A program made the position numbers and the translations under genes. The notes under the pieces were generated by a model that was not told the origin of the DNA, searched no databases, and was given only the letters and a program-made list of their open reading frames with translations. A stretch of 63,840 nt of DNA, filler included. It is 9 parts of 9 records of this genome, joined end to end, with 100 filler letters (N's around TTAATTAATTAA, not from the genome) between each part and the next. Parts side by side here need not be neighbours in the genome. Positions count along the whole stretch, not along the records: positions 58,800 to 63,840 come from SRR31156797_30647; 8 more parts are not named here. The stretch is one strand, 5' to 3'. Of the stretch, positions 60,715 to 63,840 are shown one piece after another. The stretch's first letter is position 1. The number at the start of each line of letters is the position of its first letter.

Positions 60715-61464
60715 ATGAAACGATTAATGTGTTCCTTAATGGCCTTAGTATTGGCCATTGGTGTCGCCTTAGGAAGCGACTACAAGATTCCCCTCATCGG
60801 ATCTAAAGCACCAAAGATTAGTGCAAACTCAACGCATGGGAAGTTGGTTTTTCCCAATGATTTTGGTGATAGTTGGAAAATTCTGTTTAGCCACCCTGCC
60901 GATTTTACTCCTGTTTGTACTTCTGAACTACTGGAAATGGCCTATTTGCAATCAACCTTCGAGAAACTGAATGTAAAAGTGGCTGTAATTTCAACCGATC
61001 CTGTTGCCATCCATGAAATGTGGGTCGATCATCTTGAAGAAATTGATTATAAAGAAAGGGGAACACAAGATATTAAGTTTCCTTTGTTGGAAGATCCGGG
61101 TGGAAAATCTTCAAGAATGTACGGAATGCTACATGAACCAACAAGTACCAACCGGGATATTCGCGGAGTATTTATTATTGATCAGAACAACGTTGTTAGG
61201 TCGATAAATTTTTATCCGATGCAGGTAGGGCGTAATATGAACGAGATTATTCGTATGGTTGAAGCCTTGCAAACAACCGACGAATCTCATGTTTACACAC
61301 CAGCTAACTGGAACGATGGGGATGATGTTATTGTTCCACATTTTCCATACACCAAAGCGCAACTGGATGCTAATCCCGATTTAAATAAACGTTACTATCC
61401 GGTAGGGAATCGAGTATGGTTTCAGAAAGTGGAAGAAAATGGTTTGGTAGAAGAAACAGAGTAG
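60715..61464 (+). CDS. Prx6-type (1-Cys) peroxiredoxin with N-terminal signal peptide
   Basis: LFSHPADFTPVCTSE, RGVFIID, YPMQVGRN..EI.R...ALQ, TPANW; hydrophobic leader MKRLMCSLMALVLAIGVALG. Confidence 0.88.
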   Translation: MKRLMCSLMALVLAIGVALGSDYKIPLIGSKAPKISANSTHGKLVFPNDFGDSWKILFSHPADFTPVCTSELLEMAYLQSTFEKLNVKVAVISTDPVAIHEMWVDHLEEIDYKERGTQDIKFPLLEDPGGKSSRMYGMLHEPTSTNRDIRGVFIIDQNNVVRSINFYPMQVGRNMNEIIRMVEALQTTDESHVYTPANWNDGDDVIVPHFPYTKAQLDANPDLNKRYYPVGNRVWFQKVEENGLVEETE

Positions 61465-61801
61465 ATTCTCTAGTAGTGATCTAAGATTTCTTAAAAGGTA
61501 TTTGCAACAGTAGATACCTTTTTTCTGCAAAGAAAGCCCGGTTTAACCAGGCTTTCCGATGAAAGAATTCTTTCATTATTGCAACCAATAATAAGCTATG
61601 ATAAATGCTTATCATTTTTAGTGTAACAACTAAACGATTGTTTTGTTAAATGGGGCAATTATTTGTTTTCTGTAAGAGGTCGGAGAAGTATTGGAATTAA
61701 ATGAAATATTTTATAGTTAACCCAATTAGGCTTTTTAAAAAATAGCCCTGAAGAAACGTTTCTTCCGGGCTGTATATTGCTCAATAATTTCCAGTTTTTA
61801 A

Positions 61802-62458
61802 TTATCCGCCAATCTCACTTTTTAAAAGTTTAACCTGGTTTGATAATTTGGTAATCTGCGAATCTTTTTCTTTAATCTGCGACTGAAGCTTGGTGGCTTC
61901 TGAACGCACTGCATTGAGTTTGTTCTGCAGTTCTTGTAATTCTCCTTCTCCACTTTTTATTTGTCCTTCTAATAGTTTGGCTTGCTCATTCATTTTGCCA
62001 ATCTCAAAGTTCTTTTGGTCGATAGTAGAATTCTTCTCCGATATTTCGCTTTCCAGTGAACTGATATTGTTTTGTAACGATTTTATCGATGCATCCTTAT
62101 TTGCCAGAGCATTTGTTAATCGTTGTTTCTCAAAATCGAGGTTGAAATTGGTTTCCTGCAACGATTCTTTGTTGGAATTTAACTCGGAGGAAAGAGCTGT
62201 CATTTCTTTTTTCAGATCGGCAATATCCTGTTCTTTTAAGGCATTGCTTTCCATTAGTTCATTTTTCATGGCTTCAAAATCAGTAATCAAAGCTTTAATG
62301 CGTTCTGCTTTAGCCTCATTTTCAGCATCGAGTTTTCGCGAAAGTTCTTCGGCTTTTAAACGGCCGGTTTCCATCTCCAGGTATTTCTTTTTTGAAACAC
62401 ATGATGTTATACTTAGTAGAACAATGCTTGCAAAAAGAACAATATATTTTCGGTTCAT
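61802..62458 (-). CDS. coiled-coil lipoprotein
   Basis: lipobox ITSC followed by VSKKKY and heptad repeats to the C-terminus; TATATTTG promoter element upstream. Confidence 0.75.
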   Translation of the reverse strand: MNRKYIVLFASIVLLSITSCVSKKKYLEMETGRLKAEELSRKLDAENEAKAERIKALITDFEAMKNELMESNALKEQDIADLKKEMTALSSELNSNKESLQETNFNLDFEKQRLTNALANKDASIKSLQNNISSLESEISEKNSTIDQKNFEIGKMNEQAKLLEGQIKSGEGELQELQNKLNAVRSEATKLQSQIKEKDSQITKLSNQVKLLKSEIGG

Positions 62459-62571
62459 AACAATCTTTTTATGTTGAAAACAAATATACACAATAATAAT
62501 GTCCTAATACAACGTTCTTATAAACACGAATGGTATTTATTTCTTACTTTTATTTTCAAAATAAGATAGTC

Positions 62572-63690
62572 ATGAAGAAGGTTACAATAATTGTTTTTTC
62601 ACTGTTTTTAGCATTTTCAGTTTTGGCCCAGGGCAATAAAGTAGTGCATGTGGTTAAGGGTAAGGTCGTTCATGCTTCGAGCAACCGCCCGGTGTCTTAC
62701 ACAAATATTGGACTTGAAGGCACATTTTATGGGACTGCGAGCGATGCCGACGGGAATTTTGAGTTAAAAATACCCGAGGATATGGAGGGTAAAGCCATAT
62801 ATTTTTCGGCGGTTGGTTTTAAAAACTTGCAATTTCCTGTTAAAGAATTATTTCAAAAAGAGTTTAATGTGATTAAACTTAAAGCGCAGTCTTATGGTGT
62901 TGATGAGGTGGATGTGGCGGCACAAAATATGGTGCTTATCCGGATTTTAAGAATGGCTTCGGAAAACATTAAATACAACTATGGAGCCGGACCATTTAAT
63001 ATGCATTTCTCTTATTCAAACCAAATAACTGAAGAGGGACAGGTAAAATCACCGCAAATTGCTTCGGTATTACTATTCGACGAAACCGGGTATAGCAATC
63101 CTTCAAAAGTTGATGCATTTAAAAACCGTAATTACCAGGTTAAAAAAGAACAAAATGAAAATGATTATCGTTTTTCTACAGCACAATTAAACCTGGATGA
63201 ACTTCTGGATTTTGATTGGGTTCGTTCTGCCTCAGGCATTTTAAATTCTGCTTTACTGGGTGAGTATCAATTGTCGCTGGAGAGCCAACCCGTAATAAAT
63301 GGCAAGGAATACTGGTTAATTGCATTTAGTCAGGAGAATCCTGGCGCTGCGGCTTCGGGCGATTATTATGCAAGTTCTTTTAACGGGAAAATTACCATTA
63401 ATAAAGAAGATTATTCGGTTCTAAAAATCGAAGGAAATATTCGTTCTGCAAAGAATAACCGACAAGGTAGGGGACTAGCCGTAAGCGAAAGTAATACCGA
63501 TATAATCACCGATGTGGATTATAGTTTCCGGGTTGATTATAAAGACCTGTTGCTCAAGCAGGTTTCGCTTGATAAATCATACACCTATAAAGGAAAAAGA
63601 ATTACAGAACATTCTGTTTTTGAAATGAATAGGGCTCATACCAATAACCTGACAGTACTTGAAAGCCGCGATTATTTTCCGGGAGAATAA
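62572..63690 (+). CDS. secreted carboxypeptidase-regulatory-like domain protein
   Basis: signal peptide MKKVTII...VLAQ; VKGKVV...PVSYTNI...GTASDADGNF...FSAVGF...DEVDV. Confidence 0.78.
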   Translation: MKKVTIIVFSLFLAFSVLAQGNKVVHVVKGKVVHASSNRPVSYTNIGLEGTFYGTASDADGNFELKIPEDMEGKAIYFSAVGFKNLQFPVKELFQKEFNVIKLKAQSYGVDEVDVAAQNMVLIRILRMASENIKYNYGAGPFNMHFSYSNQITEEGQVKSPQIASVLLFDETGYSNPSKVDAFKNRNYQVKKEQNENDYRFSTAQLNLDELLDFDWVRSASGILNSALLGEYQLSLESQPVINGKEYWLIAFSQENPGAAASGDYYASSFNGKITINKEDYSVLKIEGNIRSAKNNRQGRGLAVSESNTDIITDVDYSFRVDYKDLLLKQVSLDKSYTYKGKRITEHSVFEMNRAHTNNLTVLESRDYFPGE

Positions 63691-63694
63691 ATCT

Positions 63695-63739
63695 AAAAAA
63701 AAACGAGGGCTGCAATTTTCATTTTGCAGCCCTCGTTTT
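63695..63739. terminator. bidirectional intrinsic terminator
   Basis: A tract, CGAGGGCTGCAA/TTGCAGCCCTCG hairpin, T tract, between convergent genes. Confidence 0.8.
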
Positions 63740-63755
63740 ATGTCAAAATTTGTCT

Positions 63756-63840
63756 CTATTTCTTCCCGCCAAACAATTCTTCTTCTTTCACTCTTTTTAC
63801 CAACATACTATCTTTTAAACTTTTGTTAATGGTGTTGTAT
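63756..63840 (-). CDS. C-terminal fragment of an unknown protein
   Basis: open frame TTPLTKSLKDSMLVKRVKEEELFGGKK* ending just before the terminator. Confidence 0.5.
   Translation of the reverse strand, partial: YNTINKSLKDSMLVKRVKEEELFGGKK

Noticed and set aside
1..63840. CRISPR arrays, rRNA, transposases, phage or defence genes
   Set aside because: No regularly spaced repeat-spacer units or diagnostic motifs were seen by eye

Overview
This window is not one locus. It is nine unrelated metagenomic contigs joined by 100-nt artificial spacers (N-run, TTAATTAATTAA, N-run) at 8219-8318, 13479-13578, 27514-27613, 35344-35443, 42120-42219, 47730-47829, 53208-53307 and 58700-58799, so gene context is valid only within a contig. 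C1 (1-8218, lower GC, Deferribacterota-like): tRNA-Gly 3' end, tig-clpP-clpX, lon-rpsU, a transglutaminase-like orphan and the secA 3' part. C2 (8319-13478): FAD oxidoreductase and class III CoA-transferase, divergent from an acyl-CoA dehydrogenase pair, with two sigma54-type promoters between them. C3 (13579-27513): sensor fragment, PilZ-PilZ-GNAT-like protein, Ntn acylase, REC-PAS-HD-GYP protein, group 3b [NiFe]-hydrogenase with fused beta-gamma subunits, acyl-CoA synthetase and dctM. C4 (27614-35343): methyltransferase and MarR with paired operators, fatty-acyl-CoA ligase, an ABC/DUF4857-like module and RNase G/E. C5 (35444-42119): MMPL, LolA-like and outer-membrane genes followed by a 1333-aa acyl-CoA dehydratase activase fusion. 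C6 (42220-47729): glycogen genes. C7 (47830-53207): mtaD-like, ychF, yhaM-like, holB and PSP1, with a MITE-like repeat. C8 (53308-58699): aapJQMP and a TIM-barrel enzyme. C9 (58800-63840, Bacteroidota-like): valS, carboxypeptidase-regulatory-domain proteins, a peroxiredoxin with a signal peptide and a coiled-coil lipoprotein. No CRISPR array, rRNA, transposase or phage gene was seen. The best candidates for an undescribed system are the c-di-GMP/N-acyl signalling cluster in C3 and the MMPL-LolA-porin-activase operon in C5. All calls, including taxonomy, come from reading motifs by eye; no database search was run.
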